A DNA stretch of 64,000 nt from Candidatus Aldehydirespiratoraceae bacterium (GCA_965243715.1 CBDEVU010000017.1:241223-305222), one strand, 5' to 3'; counted from the first letter of the stretch, positions 17,108-27,169 are shown. The notes: generated by a model not told the origin, from the sequence alone. Numbers and translations: made by a program.

Positions 17108-18376
17108 ATGAAACAGCTACGCAAGTTCGTATTCGTGTTTGTCACACTCTCGGCGCTGTCGCTCATTGCGGCCGCCTGCGGAGAGAGCGTTGATTCGGCC
17201 GCTACCGACGCCGACTTCATCGTCGTGGACGAGGGTGAGCAAATCCAAATCCGTTCGCTAAACGCCATCACCGGCGATATTTCGTTCCTCGGTATCCCAA
17301 ACCAGCGCGGCGTCGAAGCCGCTGTAGCCGACTACGGCAACATCCAAGGCTTCGAAGTCACCAGCGGGGCCGGTCTCGATGATCTTTGCTCCGCTGATGG
17401 TGGCCAGGCGGCCGCTCAAACCATCGTGGCCGACGAGCAAATCGTCGGGGTCATTGGGCCCTCGTGTTCGGGCGCGGCCACCGCCGCGGCTCCGCTCATT
17501 TCCCAGGCGGGAATCGTCATGATCTCCCCTTCGAACACGTCTCCGGCTCTCACCTCAGACCTCAAGGGCACACCAGGGGAGAACTACAACGAGGGCTACT
17601 ACCGCACCGCGCCCAACGACCTCCACCAAGGTAACGCTGTAGCGAGGTTCGTGTTCGAAGAACTCGGACTCAAGAGCGCGGCGGCGGTTCACGACGGCGA
17701 CCCTTACACCCAGGGGGTGGCCCGGGCCTTCGCCGATGCCTTCGAGTTGCTCGGGGGAACGCTCACCGGCTTCACCGCGGTTAACAAAGAAGACACCGAC
17801 ATGGTGCCGGTCCTCACTGAGATGGCCGCCGGTAGCCCCGACGCTCTGTTCTTCCCGATCTTTCAGCCCGCGGGCGACTTCATAGCCGACCAAGCCCATG
17901 GCGTGGCCGGTCTCGAGAACACCCAACTTCTCGCCGGTGCCGCCCTTTTGGTCGACGGCTTCCTTGAGTTGACCCAGTCCGAGGGAATCTACCTCGCCGG
18001 TCCTGACTCCCGCTTCGGCGACAACGTTAACCAATCCACCGGCACAAGCGCGGCCGACCTCCTCGCGACCTACGAAGCCGACTACGGTGAACCCCCCTCG
18101 GCTGCATACTTGGGTCATTCTTACGACGCGGCCGCCTTGCTGCTCGACGCCATCAACGCCTCGTCTACCGTCAACGAGGCGGGCCAACTCGTGATTGAAA
18201 AGGCAGCGGTTCGCACCTTCTTGACGGGAATCAGGGACTACGACGGGATCATCGGCACGATCAACTGTGACGAATTCGGTGACTGTGGTTCGCAGAGGCT
18301 CACCATCATCAGTCACCAGAACGCGGAAGACATCGAAGCTTCCAAGGTCAACGTCGTCTTCGACTACGCCCCGTAA
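17108..18376 (+). CDS. ABC transporter substrate-binding lipoprotein (branched-chain amino acid/LivJ-like family)
   Basis: Lipobox LIAAAC after a signal peptide. Type I periplasmic-binding fold blocks. No adjacent permease or ATPase genes. Confidence 0.8.
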   Translation: MKQLRKFVFVFVTLSALSLIAAACGESVDSAATDADFIVVDEGEQIQIRSLNAITGDISFLGIPNQRGVEAAVADYGNIQGFEVTSGAGLDDLCSADGGQAAAQTIVADEQIVGVIGPSCSGAATAAAPLISQAGIVMISPSNTSPALTSDLKGTPGENYNEGYYRTAPNDLHQGNAVARFVFEELGLKSAAAVHDGDPYTQGVARAFADAFELLGGTLTGFTAVNKEDTDMVPVLTEMAAGSPDALFFPIFQPAGDFIADQAHGVAGLENTQLLAGAALLVDGFLELTQSEGIYLAGPDSRFGDNVNQSTGTSAADLLATYEADYGEPPSAAYLGHSYDAAALLLDAINASSTVNEAGQLVIEKAAVRTFLTGIRDYDGIIGTINCDEFGDCGSQRLTIISHQNAEDIEASKVNVVFDYAP

Positions 18377-18383
18377 AGGAGTC

Positions 18384-19043
18384 TTACCTCTTAGCGGGGG
18401 ACCGAACGGTGAACAAGACCACGTTCGACATTTGATCCGGATCGGTCAAGTCCGATGCTTCGTACACGGGAACGGGCCGAATTTCATACGGCGTGATCTT
18501 GGCGCTGCCGACCGCAGTGTCGAACCAACGGGCGAAGCCCCGAGCATCCCAGTGCCCGGCATTGATCCCAATGACACATTGACTTCCGGGCCTCGCAACT
18601 CGGACAAGTTCGGCGATGGGTTCCGCTGCCAGATGACCGTGAGTGAACGCTCCGGCCGAGATGATCGCCGCGTAAGCGTTGTCGGCCACGTCCATGCTAA
18701 CGGTGAGGTCGGCGGTGAAGAGGTCTCGATAAATACCCTTAGCGCGGGCCTGGCCCAACATCTCCGGTGAGATGTCGACACCGTCAATGTCAGTGACGCC
18801 CAACCGATCAAGTTCAACACCGACAATGCCGGTGCCGCACCCAACATCAAGAACGGGCCCCGTGGGCTGTCCGCCTTCGATGAGGAGTCTGGCCACGTGT
18901 TGGTGATACACGTACCCCGACGCGGCAACGAACGTTTCCTCATAGGTTTCTGCCCAACTTGCGTACAGTTCGCGATTGTCGTCGGGGCTCTTGAGGGAAT
19001 AAGCCTTCTCGAGGTTCGGGTCTTGGTTGCCGGGGCCGCTCAC
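18384..19043 (-). CDS. class I SAM-dependent methyltransferase
   Basis: Motif I VLDVGCGTGIVG and a downstream acidic loop DIDGVDIS. Confidence 0.8.
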   Translation of the reverse strand: MSGPGNQDPNLEKAYSLKSPDDNRELYASWAETYEETFVAASGYVYHQHVARLLIEGGQPTGPVLDVGCGTGIVGVELDRLGVTDIDGVDISPEMLGQARAKGIYRDLFTADLTVSMDVADNAYAAIISAGAFTHGHLAAEPIAELVRVARPGSQCVIGINAGHWDARGFARWFDTAVGSAKITPYEIRPVPVYEASDLTDPDQMSNVVLFTVRSPAKR

Positions 19044-19115
19044 CGCTATGAACGTAGCTGCAGGGCGGTCGAGTCACCCGCATCACGCGTACGAGAACCT
19101 CGGCGGACCCTTCCG

Positions 19116-19643
19116 TTAATCGAGTGGGGCAGGTGGAGGGACGTCCGGACTCCTGCCCACAACTAGCCGAACCACGACGAGTCCCATCCCAACAACGGCC
19201 ATGCTGAAGACGAAATAACCGCACGAAGCCAGCGCATCGGCCGCGTTGGTAGATTTCTCATCGTCCAGTGCCCAAGCGATCGCGACGAGAGCACCGCCAC
19301 CCATCGCAAGGGAACTGAGGCCCGCAGTGACGACGCCAAAGCACACGCCAACCGTCACGGTGGGGGTCCGTAGATCGTCGCGCCACCGGAAGAACAAACG
19401 TGGAGCGCCAATCATGGAGAGGCCGTAGATAGTGCCGATCACGGTGATCAGATGGAAACTCGCCAGATAGTCCCAAATGTACGCCGACCCGTCGGGGGTT
19501 CGATCGTCCACAAAGAACGCGTTTGCGTAGATAGCGATCGAGGTAAGGAACATTCCCATGAGAACGAGCACCCCACCTGCTTCTAGCAACGGCCGCGCCC
19601 AGACGATCGGGGGTCGGTCAGTGCGCTCACTGCTCTGGTTCAT
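19116..19643 (-). CDS. hypothetical integral membrane protein
   Basis: 175 aa with 4-5 hydrophobic segments. No recognisable motif. Confidence 0.55.
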   Translation of the reverse strand: MNQSSERTDRPPIVWARPLLEAGGVLVLMGMFLTSIAIYANAFFVDDRTPDGSAYIWDYLASFHLITVIGTIYGLSMIGAPRLFFRWRDDLRTPTVTVGVCFGVVTAGLSSLAMGGGALVAIAWALDDEKSTNAADALASCGYFVFSMAVVGMGLVVVRLVVGRSPDVPPPAPLD

Positions 19644-19706
19644 ATCTCATACCCTTCGCTTGTTACAGCACTCATAGATAACACAACCCCACCCGGACAG
19701 CAAACC

Positions 19707-20957
19707 CTAGTTCTTCACCAGATCCCGGAAGGGTGTGTCTTTGCCGGGGCCGGGCTCGCGGGGCAGACCGAGTACCCGCTCGCCGATGATATTGCGCTGG
19801 ATCTCATCAGTACCGCCGTAGATAGACGGACCGGGAGAGAACAGGGTTATCTCGGCCACGACGCCCCCGGTCTGAGACTCATCGGCACCGGTGAGCATGC
19901 CGTCGGCGCCGATGATGTCGTTCCCTAACTTGCGGAACCCACGGAACAAATCGCTCATGATGAGCTTGCCGATGTTGGGTTCGGCTCCGGTTCGTTGACC
20001 GGGATCCTTGGCTCGGATGCCCGACATACGGTTGACTTCGATGAGACTATAAAGCTTGGCAAACTCCTGACGCAGGACTAGATCTTCGTTACGACCTGAC
20101 TTGACGGCTACCTCCACGAGGCGATGCCAGAGCCGGATGCCAAGCGGAGGAAGTCCGGCTTCGCTACCGACTCGGTTGATGAACTCCGACACTGCGTGGG
20201 GTCGAACGCTTTTTATGCCCGATCCGGCCGCGCTGGCAGGCGTCTTGCCCGACGAACCAAGCGAAGCTCGCTCCACCATGAGGGTCGTGTTGGCCGCCGC
20301 CCAACCCTGGTTCAGCCCCCCAATGATGTCGGCGTCTCGGACCCGGGCCTCATCAATGAACACTTCGTTGAACATGGCCTTGCCGGTCATCTCAACTAAC
20401 GGTCGCACTGTGACCCCCTGCTGACGCATGTCGAAGGCGAACCAGGTAATGCCGCGGTGTTTCGGGGCGTCGGGATCGGTGCGGGCAATGAGCATTCCCA
20501 TGTCCGCGATCTGGCCGCCGGAGGTCCACACCTTCTGGCCGGTAATGACCCACTCGTCGCCGTCCTTTTCGGCCTTGGTACTCAAACCCGCGAGGTCAGA
20601 TCCGGCGCCCGGTTCAGAAAAGAGCTGACACCAGCCAATCGAGCCGTCCAAGATCGGCGGGATGAGCCGGTCAATCTGCTCTTGGCTCCCGTGGGTGGCG
20701 ATCGTTGGCGCGGCGAGCATCCGACCAAGCCCGCTCGGCGGTCCCATTACATTGCGGTCGGCCATGATCGCCATCACCGTTGCGGCGTGCGATCGACTCC
20801 AACCCTTGCCGTAGGCCTTCTCGGCGAGGATTGGATGGGCATACCCGGACGATCCAAGTCGATCCCACCAATCGCCGACGTTGAGGTTCTCATCCCAGTT
20901 TTCGTCGAGCCACGCTTCAACCGCGCCTCGAACTTCTTCGACACTCATCTCCGACAT
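19707..20957 (-). CDS. acyl-CoA dehydrogenase family protein
   Basis: ACAD middle and C-terminal blocks (WCQLFSEPGAGSDLAG, ITGQKVWTSGG, IYGGTDEIQRNIIGERVLGLP). Start chosen at the ATG at 20957. Confidence 0.85.
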   Translation of the reverse strand: MSEMSVEEVRGAVEAWLDENWDENLNVGDWWDRLGSSGYAHPILAEKAYGKGWSRSHAATVMAIMADRNVMGPPSGLGRMLAAPTIATHGSQEQIDRLIPPILDGSIGWCQLFSEPGAGSDLAGLSTKAEKDGDEWVITGQKVWTSGGQIADMGMLIARTDPDAPKHRGITWFAFDMRQQGVTVRPLVEMTGKAMFNEVFIDEARVRDADIIGGLNQGWAAANTTLMVERASLGSSGKTPASAAGSGIKSVRPHAVSEFINRVGSEAGLPPLGIRLWHRLVEVAVKSGRNEDLVLRQEFAKLYSLIEVNRMSGIRAKDPGQRTGAEPNIGKLIMSDLFRGFRKLGNDIIGADGMLTGADESQTGGVVAEITLFSPGPSIYGGTDEIQRNIIGERVLGLPREPGPGKDTPFRDLVKN

Positions 20958-21007
20958 GTCCCCAATATTAGCAACCGTTCCCCTCAAGGTAAAATTCGCT
21001 GCGCCAG

Positions 21008-21460
21008 ATGAGCAGCGCGGTCCGAAAAGCGCTAGGTTTTCGTATCGTGCCTACTACCGCAGAACTTCAGGGCCGCCTCTTCAAACCAGGGACCAAGGTC
21101 CGGTTGGTTGATGACATCCCCGGCTACCGAGCGGGGACGCGGGGCAAGGTGGCGCTGGCCAACGGCATCACCTGGAAGCGCTACTGGGTTCGTTTCCCCG
21201 ACGGTTCGTCAACCGGATACGTGGGCCACGAGTCACTCGTCGGCGCCAAAGACTACGACACCTTCCTCGTCGCTCGCGAGCGCGAAGTTGTCGAAGCCGC
21301 CGCAGCCGCGGAAGCGGCGGCCGAAGCGGGCACGAATGCTCCGACGGCCGATTCCGGCGGTGCGCTGGCCGCGGAGAGCAACCCGATGGTAAATGGGATC
21401 GCCGTCCCGCAGCGACTACTCGATATGAGCGCCGCGGCCCGCATCCGCCTCGGCGCTTAG
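21008..21460 (+). CDS. hypothetical protein (Ala-rich C-terminal half)
   Basis: 150-aa ORF with bulk-genome codon bias, divergent from the ACAD gene. No domain recognised. Confidence 0.5.
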   Translation: MSSAVRKALGFRIVPTTAELQGRLFKPGTKVRLVDDIPGYRAGTRGKVALANGITWKRYWVRFPDGSSTGYVGHESLVGAKDYDTFLVAREREVVEAAAAAEAAAEAGTNAPTADSGGALAAESNPMVNGIAVPQRLLDMSAAARIRLGA

Positions 21461-21487
21461 CTCTCGACACCATCGACGCTTAGGTGA

Positions 21488-22327
21488 TCAGCGAATACGC
21501 GGGGTAATCCGTGTGCCCGCGGCGAACGCTTCTGCCCCGGCTTCTAGACCCGCTCGGTCGAAACCGGTCGTGAGCAACGCGGGCCCCACGGCGAGCGCAT
21601 TCTTGGGGCCCATATCGTTGGCGGCCCAGATGGCCCGCAGTGTGGCCTGAACCCCGACAGGGGGCTGCGACGCCACCGCAGTTGCGATCCAGTTGGCTCG
21701 CCCCGCAAGGTCATCGCTAGAGCACACTTCGCTCACCAACCCAACGCGTTGAGCGGTGCGGGCTGACATGCGCTCGTGGTTACCGAGCAGCGACATTCGC
21801 AGCACCTCGCCGAGCGGCATGTATTGCAGCATCTTGATTGGTTCGTATACGGCCGCCATGCCGTAGCTGACATGAGGGTCAAAAAAGGTGGCGTGTTCGG
21901 CGGCGATGATGATGTCGGCCTCGGCGAGCATGTAGAACGCGCCGCCGCACGCCATACCGTTCACCGCGCAAATCACCGGCTTCCACAAATCGCAGGACTT
22001 CGGCCCGAGATCGTCACCCGGGTCGTCGTACATGAAGTTATTCGACGTGCCGTAAAGGTTGTGGTTACCAGCCAGGTTGGTGAATTCGGTTTCGTTGCGG
22101 TCTAGGCCAACGCAGAACGACTCTTCCCCCGTCGCGGTGAGAACAATGGCGTACACGTCGTCGTTGGTCCGAAAAGCCCGCCAGGTAGCCTTCAGTTCCT
22201 CTTGCATGGCGGGGTTAAAGGCGTGGCGGACCTCGGGCCGATTCAGGGTCACCGTCGCCACATGGGTGTCGTGATCAATCTCGACAGTGATGGTGCAAAG
22301 ATCGCTCATGTGGTCCCAGTCTTTCAT
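21488..22327 (-). CDS. enoyl-CoA hydratase/isomerase (crotonase) family protein
   Basis: Crotonase fold blocks (VATVTLNRPEVRHAFN, VICAVNGMACGGAF). The true start may be the ATG at 22309. Confidence 0.85.
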   Translation of the reverse strand: MKDWDHMSDLCTITVEIDHDTHVATVTLNRPEVRHAFNPAMQEELKATWRAFRTNDDVYAIVLTATGEESFCVGLDRNETEFTNLAGNHNLYGTSNNFMYDDPGDDLGPKSCDLWKPVICAVNGMACGGAFYMLAEADIIIAAEHATFFDPHVSYGMAAVYEPIKMLQYMPLGEVLRMSLLGNHERMSARTAQRVGLVSEVCSSDDLAGRANWIATAVASQPPVGVQATLRAIWAANDMGPKNALAVGPALLTTGFDRAGLEAGAEAFAAGTRITPRIR

Positions 22328-22386
22328 GCCGCGTATCGGAGCCGGAGCTAGAAATCCCCGGCCGGTTAGGGGTACGGTAGTTTCCC

Positions 22387-23031
22387 GTGATCCAAACGTG
22401 CGGAGTTTGCGGCGGCTCCGGTGCCGGCAAGACCACGTTGACCCAGCACCTGCTCAAACATCTCGGGGCGGATCAAGTCTCGGTTCTGGCCTTCGACTCC
22501 TACTACCGCGATCAGGGGCACCTCTCCCCCGCCGACCGATCGCTGATCAACTACGACCATCCTGATTCCCTCGACCACGAACTTTTCGCCCGCCACGTTG
22601 AAGCACTACGCGCCGGTTACCGGATCCACGCTCCCGTCTACAACTTCGATACCCACACTCGATCTCGCGAACCCATCACCATCGAACCAACCGCAATCGT
22701 CATCGTGGAAGGCATTCTCCTGCTGAGCTTTCCAGCGATCGCCGAAAACCTCGACCTCGCCGTCTTCATCGACGTACCCGTTGAGGTTCGCCTCGCCCGC
22801 CGCATCAAGCGCGACTGCGCCGAACGGGGTCGCGACGAACAAGACGTACGCCGCCAATTCTCGGCCACTGTTGCCCCGATGCACGACCAGTTCGTCGAAC
22901 CGTATCGTCACCTAGCTGACCGCACTGTTGCCCTCGACGAGGATTATGACCCAGTCGCGGCTGAACTAGTGGGCCGACTTCGCGCCGCCCAACCACCCGC
23001 TTACCCCCGCCGGAAAGCCACGCCAAGGTAA
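22387..23031 (+). CDS. udk: uridine kinase
   Basis: P-loop GGSGAGKTT followed by YYRDQ, NYDHPDSLD and VEGILLL blocks typical of Udk. The start codon is GTG. Confidence 0.85.
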   Translation: MIQTCGVCGGSGAGKTTLTQHLLKHLGADQVSVLAFDSYYRDQGHLSPADRSLINYDHPDSLDHELFARHVEALRAGYRIHAPVYNFDTHTRSREPITIEPTAIVIVEGILLLSFPAIAENLDLAVFIDVPVEVRLARRIKRDCAERGRDEQDVRRQFSATVAPMHDQFVEPYRHLADRTVALDEDYDPVAAELVGRLRAAQPPAYPRRKATPR

Positions 23032-23035
23032 TCCT

Positions 23036-24205
23036 TCACGATGAGAACCGAGCGACCGTTTCGACATGGCTAGTACCGGGGAACATGTCAATGACTGTCC
23101 ATTCGTCCATGGTGAACCCGGCGGCGATCAGACGAGCGGCGTCTCGCCCGAACGCCGAAGGATCGCAACTGACCAGCACAAAAGTCTTCGGCTCAGCCCG
23201 ACAGAGCGCCTCGGCGCCCCGCTTGCCTAACCCTTTGCGGCCCGGATTGGCAATCACCGCAACGGCCCGTGAGGGTCGCCAGTTCTCGATGCTCGAGCAG
23301 ATCACCTTAACCTCGCGACCTTGCACGTTGACCCGAGCATCAGCCACCGCATCTCGGTTCCGTTCGATAGCTACGACCGGCCGATGGCGACCAACGGTGA
23401 CGGAGAACAATCCCACGCCAGAATAGGCATCAATGAGAAGGCCGGGTTCGGTCTTCGACAACATCCGTCCGACCTCGGCCACTAAGGCATCGGCGCCCGC
23501 TGGCCGGTTCTGGAAGAAAGAGTTGGCCGAGATTCGGACGCGCTGACCAACGATCTCTTCGTGAATCCACGCTCGCTTTCGCGCCGCTAGGTCAGCCTGG
23601 CCAACTACCAATACGTCGTCGGGAACCTCAACGCTCAGTGGCGCCCGATCGACAACCACGAGGCGCTCACCGGTGCGATTACCAACACGAATCGTGACAG
23701 TGTTGGCCCCCGGAAAACGACCCGCGACTAAAAGCTCCTCGGCGAGGGGATCAACAGCCACGCACGCTTCGGGGATCACCACGTCATGCGATGAGCGCCC
23801 ACGGTAACCTGCTCGCCCTGCCTTAACCGCGGCGCGAATGGTGGTACGCCCGTGGTCCTGGGTGAGCGATCGCATGGACGGGTCCGGAGCATCGAGACCA
23901 ACCCGGGCCAGTTGATCGATGGCCATCGAAGTCTTCATAGTGAGTTGGGCGTCAGGGTTAACATGCAGGAGGTCGCAGCCGCCGCAGCCGTTGACCTGAT
24001 GCTCGCAGGAGACGACAACTCGATGGCGGGACGGCTCTAGGATACGAACCACGCGGCCCCGCGACCAGCGACGGTCGACCTGTACGATCTCCACGATGAC
24101 GGACTCGCCGGGAAGGGCTCCTTCGACAAAAACAACTCGTCCATCTTCGCCGCGGGCGACGCCAGTACCGTCGCGAGCAGTGGCAGTCACTCGCAGTTCC
24201 ACCAT
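23036..24205 (-). CDS. TRAM-domain class I SAM-dependent RNA (uracil-5)-methyltransferase (RumA/TrmA family)
   Basis: N-terminal TRAM-like barrel (GTGVARGEDGRVVFVEGALPGE), a Cys cluster (CEHQVNGCGGCDL), a SAM motif DAYSGVGLF and a C-terminal catalytic Cys (LVSCDP). Confidence 0.8.
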   Translation of the reverse strand: MVELRVTATARDGTGVARGEDGRVVFVEGALPGESVIVEIVQVDRRWSRGRVVRILEPSRHRVVVSCEHQVNGCGGCDLLHVNPDAQLTMKTSMAIDQLARVGLDAPDPSMRSLTQDHGRTTIRAAVKAGRAGYRGRSSHDVVIPEACVAVDPLAEELLVAGRFPGANTVTIRVGNRTGERLVVVDRAPLSVEVPDDVLVVGQADLAARKRAWIHEEIVGQRVRISANSFFQNRPAGADALVAEVGRMLSKTEPGLLIDAYSGVGLFSVTVGRHRPVVAIERNRDAVADARVNVQGREVKVICSSIENWRPSRAVAVIANPGRKGLGKRGAEALCRAEPKTFVLVSCDPSAFGRDAARLIAAGFTMDEWTVIDMFPGTSHVETVARFSS

Positions 24206-24245
24206 TCAAACGGTATCACCGCTCGGCGCGATTAGTGTCGGGACG

Positions 24246-24917
24246 GTGTCGCGCCCCATCGAGATATCCCCGTCCGTTCTACCCGCCGACTTCGCTCGAC
24301 TCGGCGAGGAATGCCGCGAGTTGGCCGCGGCAGGCGCCGACCGTATCCATTGGGATGTCATGGACGGTGTGTTCGTGCCCAACCTCACGATCGGTCCCGC
24401 CATCGTCAAAAGCTGTCGATCCCACGTGGAGTTGCCCTTCGAAGCTCATCTCATGGTGGTCAACGCCGACGAGTTGGCCAAACTCTTTGTCGACGCGGGC
24501 TGCGAGACGGTCATGCTCCACGCGGAGGCGTGCCCTCACCTCCACCGTTCCCTAGCCAACCTGCGGGCGATCGGCGCCCGTTCAGGCGTGGTACTCAATC
24601 CCCATACCCCGGCCGGTGTCCTGGCTCATGTGCTTGACCAAACTGATCACATCTTGATTATGACCGTGAATCCCGGGTTCGGTGGCCAGAAATACATTCC
24701 GCTCACCGACAAAATTGCCGAAGTCAAAGCCATGGTCGACGCCGGTGGTCACGACATCGATATCGAGATAGATGGTGGTATCAGTGCCGACACGATCGGC
24801 GAATGCGCGGCGGCGGGAGCGAACGTTTTCGTCAGTGGATCGGCACTGTTTCGTTACGAGGACCGCGCCGCTGGGGTAGCCGAACTCAAAGCAATCGCCG
24901 AAGCGGCCCGAGGGTAA
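24246..24917 (+). CDS. rpe: ribulose-phosphate 3-epimerase
   Basis: ISPSVLPADFARLGEE, HWDVMDG.FVPN, MTVNPGFGGQ and DGGI blocks. A GTG start at 24246 gives a canonical N-terminus. The track start at 24096 overlaps the divergent methyltransferase gene. Confidence 0.85.
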   Translation: MSRPIEISPSVLPADFARLGEECRELAAAGADRIHWDVMDGVFVPNLTIGPAIVKSCRSHVELPFEAHLMVVNADELAKLFVDAGCETVMLHAEACPHLHRSLANLRAIGARSGVVLNPHTPAGVLAHVLDQTDHILIMTVNPGFGGQKYIPLTDKIAEVKAMVDAGGHDIDIEIDGGISADTIGECAAAGANVFVSGSALFRYEDRAAGVAELKAIAEAARG

Positions 24918-24924
24918 CGACGCT

Positions 24925-25554
24925 TTAGAGCATCTCTCCTCGTCGAACGATGACGTGATCGATGATGCCGTAAGCCTTGGCTTGTTCGGCGGTGAACCAG
25001 CGATCCCGATCGGAGTCGGCTTCGATCTGTTCGTAGGTCTGCCCGGTGTGTTGGGCGATGCGTTCTTGCAATAGGCGCTTGGTGTAGGCCATCTGCTCGG
25101 CCTGGATGGCAATGTCGGTGGCTTGGCCCTGCACACCACCGAGGGGTTGATGCATCATAATACGGGCATGGGGCAAGGCATAGCGCTTAGTTGGCGCCCC
25201 GGCGCACAGCAGGAACTGACCCATCGACGCGCCTAGGCCCATGCAGATGGTGCCCACCTCGGGTTCCACGAACTGCATCGTGTCGTAGATGGCCATACCC
25301 GCAGTGACCGAACCGCCAGGACTGTTGATGTACAGCCAGATCGGCTTTTCCTTGTCCTGACCTTCGAGGTAGAGGAGTTGCGCGGTGATGTAGTTGGCGA
25401 TCTCGTCGTTGACATCAGTACCGAGAACCACAATACGGTCCTGCAGTAGGCGATAGAAGATATCGGCCTGAGGATTACTGAGGGTTGAGGTATTCAATTG
25501 TGGGGTGCGGTGCAGCCGAGGCGTGTTCTGCGATTCCGAAGTCATATCTGTCAA
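24925..25554 (-). CDS. clpP: ATP-dependent Clp protease proteolytic subunit
   Basis: Catalytic Ser (CMGLGASMG), His (IMMHQPLGG) and Asp ([10 protein letters not shown]) blocks. Confidence 0.9.
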   Translation of the reverse strand: MTDMTSESQNTPRLHRTPQLNTSTLSNPQADIFYRLLQDRIVVLGTDVNDEIANYITAQLLYLEGQDKEKPIWLYINSPGGSVTAGMAIYDTMQFVEPEVGTICMGLGASMGQFLLCAGAPTKRYALPHARIMMHQPLGGVQGQATDIAIQAEQMAYTKRLLQERIAQHTGQTYEQIEADSDRDRWFTAEQAKAYGIIDHVIVRRGEML

Positions 25555-25606
25555 GGGTACCGTCCCGAGGCGCTACCCTTGCAGCAGAGTTGTTCTGCAA
25601 TCTCAC

Positions 25607-25690
25607 GCGGGCGTGGTGGAATTGGTAGACACGCCAGGTTTAGGTCCTGGTACCCGAAAGGGTGTGGGGGTTCAAGTCCCTCCGTCCGCA
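25607..25690 (+). tRNA. tRNA-Leu (anticodon TAG), class II with a long variable arm
   Basis: Hand-folded. Acceptor GCGGGCG/CGTCCGC (one G-U pair), anticodon stem CCAGG/CCTGG with loop TTTAGGT, T-arm GGGGG-TTCAAGT-CCCTC, discriminator A. No encoded CCA. Confidence 0.9.
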
Positions 25691-27169
25691 CTATTGACAG
25701 TTAGATCCCACTTCGGTCAAGGCGATCTGATAAGCCGCCGTACGCTGGCCGACCGTGACCACGAGCGAATCACCGTCCACGTCGACTCGGGCGCCGAGAC
25801 CACCGCTGATCTGCCACCCGCCCGGGCTCACTCCCTCGACGCGAAACGTGGTCGTGGTCTCGGGGTCTTCGGTGAGTGGGGCCACCTCAACGCAGAGCGT
25901 TTCCCCTTGCCATTCGGCTTGACGTAAGGCGATCCGCGGGAAATCCACTCCCGTTACCAGCGGACACGGAGCCAGCGGAGCCGCCGACAGTCGCTCCCAG
26001 CGCCCCAGTCCGCCTGCTTCTGCCGCGGCCAAAAAGGCATTGTATTGGCCCCGTGGATGGGGTTCGTTGAGCCCCATCCCCCACGTGAACTCGCCTCGGG
26101 CATGATCCCAGGTGGGTTCGAACGAGGACTCAATGGCAGCCTCCAACCGTGCCGCAAGATCAGCGCATCCCCACTCTCGAGCGAGGAGCAGAGAGGCCGC
26201 CGCGCCGCGGCTGGCGGGCAGGGGATGGCGAAGTTCACCGAGGTAACCGGCCGAGGCACACGAGGCGTCCCACAAACGCCGCGCGTCGTCGCTCTCTTGG
26301 GGCGCGGCGTAGAACGAGGTCACATTGGCCAGTGCGGCGGACTTGCGGTGATGTACGTCAAGAATTGGGTCGTAGTAGAGCGTCGTCATCGTCGGCGGTT
26401 CGTCTCGATCGAGATCGAGGTAGTGCTCTCGAGCGTACTTCCACCAAGGACCGAAGGCTTGTGCGTTGTAGTCAGTGCCGTGTCGATTGTCGTAAAGTCT
26501 CAGACCGAGACCTGCTCCGGCCAGTCAAAGCGGCCAGACCTTGGTGTTTTCTCAATGACAGCCCACCGGCGCGGCCAGCCACTGACGACACAACGACTCA
26601 GCGATCTCGCCGTGGGTCCAGGTGAACGTGTTGGCGCCATCGTTGATCACCGTGAACGGCTCGTTCCAACGATCATCACCCGCAATCATCGAACGAATAC
26701 CCAATAGCACTAAGAAGAAGCCCTTGTAAAAGAGCATCCCGTCGGCCGCGATAGGGTCAATTTGGCGACCCCACGGCTCAACACCGTTAGCGGTCCAGCC
26801 CGGCGCATCGTAATGGCCGAACAACTCGGGCGGAATCAACAACCGATAGAAGTCAGGATAGTTGGCTCGATCAGGGTCAGGTCCGAATTGGGTAAGCCAA
26901 TCAGCGGCCGACCACCATTGGGTGTGTCGTTGGATCAACTCGTCGAGAATGGCGACATAAGGCTCGGTCCAGGCGGGCGTCCGATGGGCCATAAGACCCA
27001 TCGCGTACGATGAATCCACTAGGTCGAAGCGGTGCCAACTGGCCATCGGAGGGTCGGAACGATCATCCCAGTGGGGATGGGGCCGACCGGTTCGCGACCA
27101 GTCGTCGGGCGTCCGGGCCTTACGGTCGAGATACCGAAGCCAACCAATAGAGCGGTCAGAAAGCGTCAT
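25691..27169 (-). CDS. linalool dehydratase/isomerase-like protein, one frame containing two in-frame TGA codons (candidate selenocysteines; alternatively a pseudogene)
   Basis: The track ORFs 26552..27169 and 25691..26389 are in the same frame. The only interruptions are TGA at 26552-26554 and at 26525-26527 (...PVGCH*ENTKVWPL*LAGAGLGLRLYDNRHGTDY...). The start ATG overlaps the stop of the upstream DMT gene (ATGA). Family assignment comes from my recalled Ldi sequence blocks (FYKG..., C-E-x7-C, HGTDY). Confidence 0.6.
26495..26513 (-). promoter_or_regulatory. SECIS-like hairpin downstream of the second in-frame UGA
   Basis: The mRNA folds as AGGUCUC[GGUCU]GAGACUU, a 7-bp stem. The loop occupies nt +22 to +26 counted from the U of UGA, placing G23/U24 as I recall for the E. 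coli fdhF SECIS. Confidence 0.45.
26516..26538 (-). promoter_or_regulatory. hairpin downstream of the first in-frame UGA (weaker SECIS candidate)
   Basis: UCUGGCC[GCUUUGACU]GGCCGGA, a 7-bp stem (one G-U) at +17 to +39 from the first UGA. The loop contains the second UGA. Confidence 0.3.
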
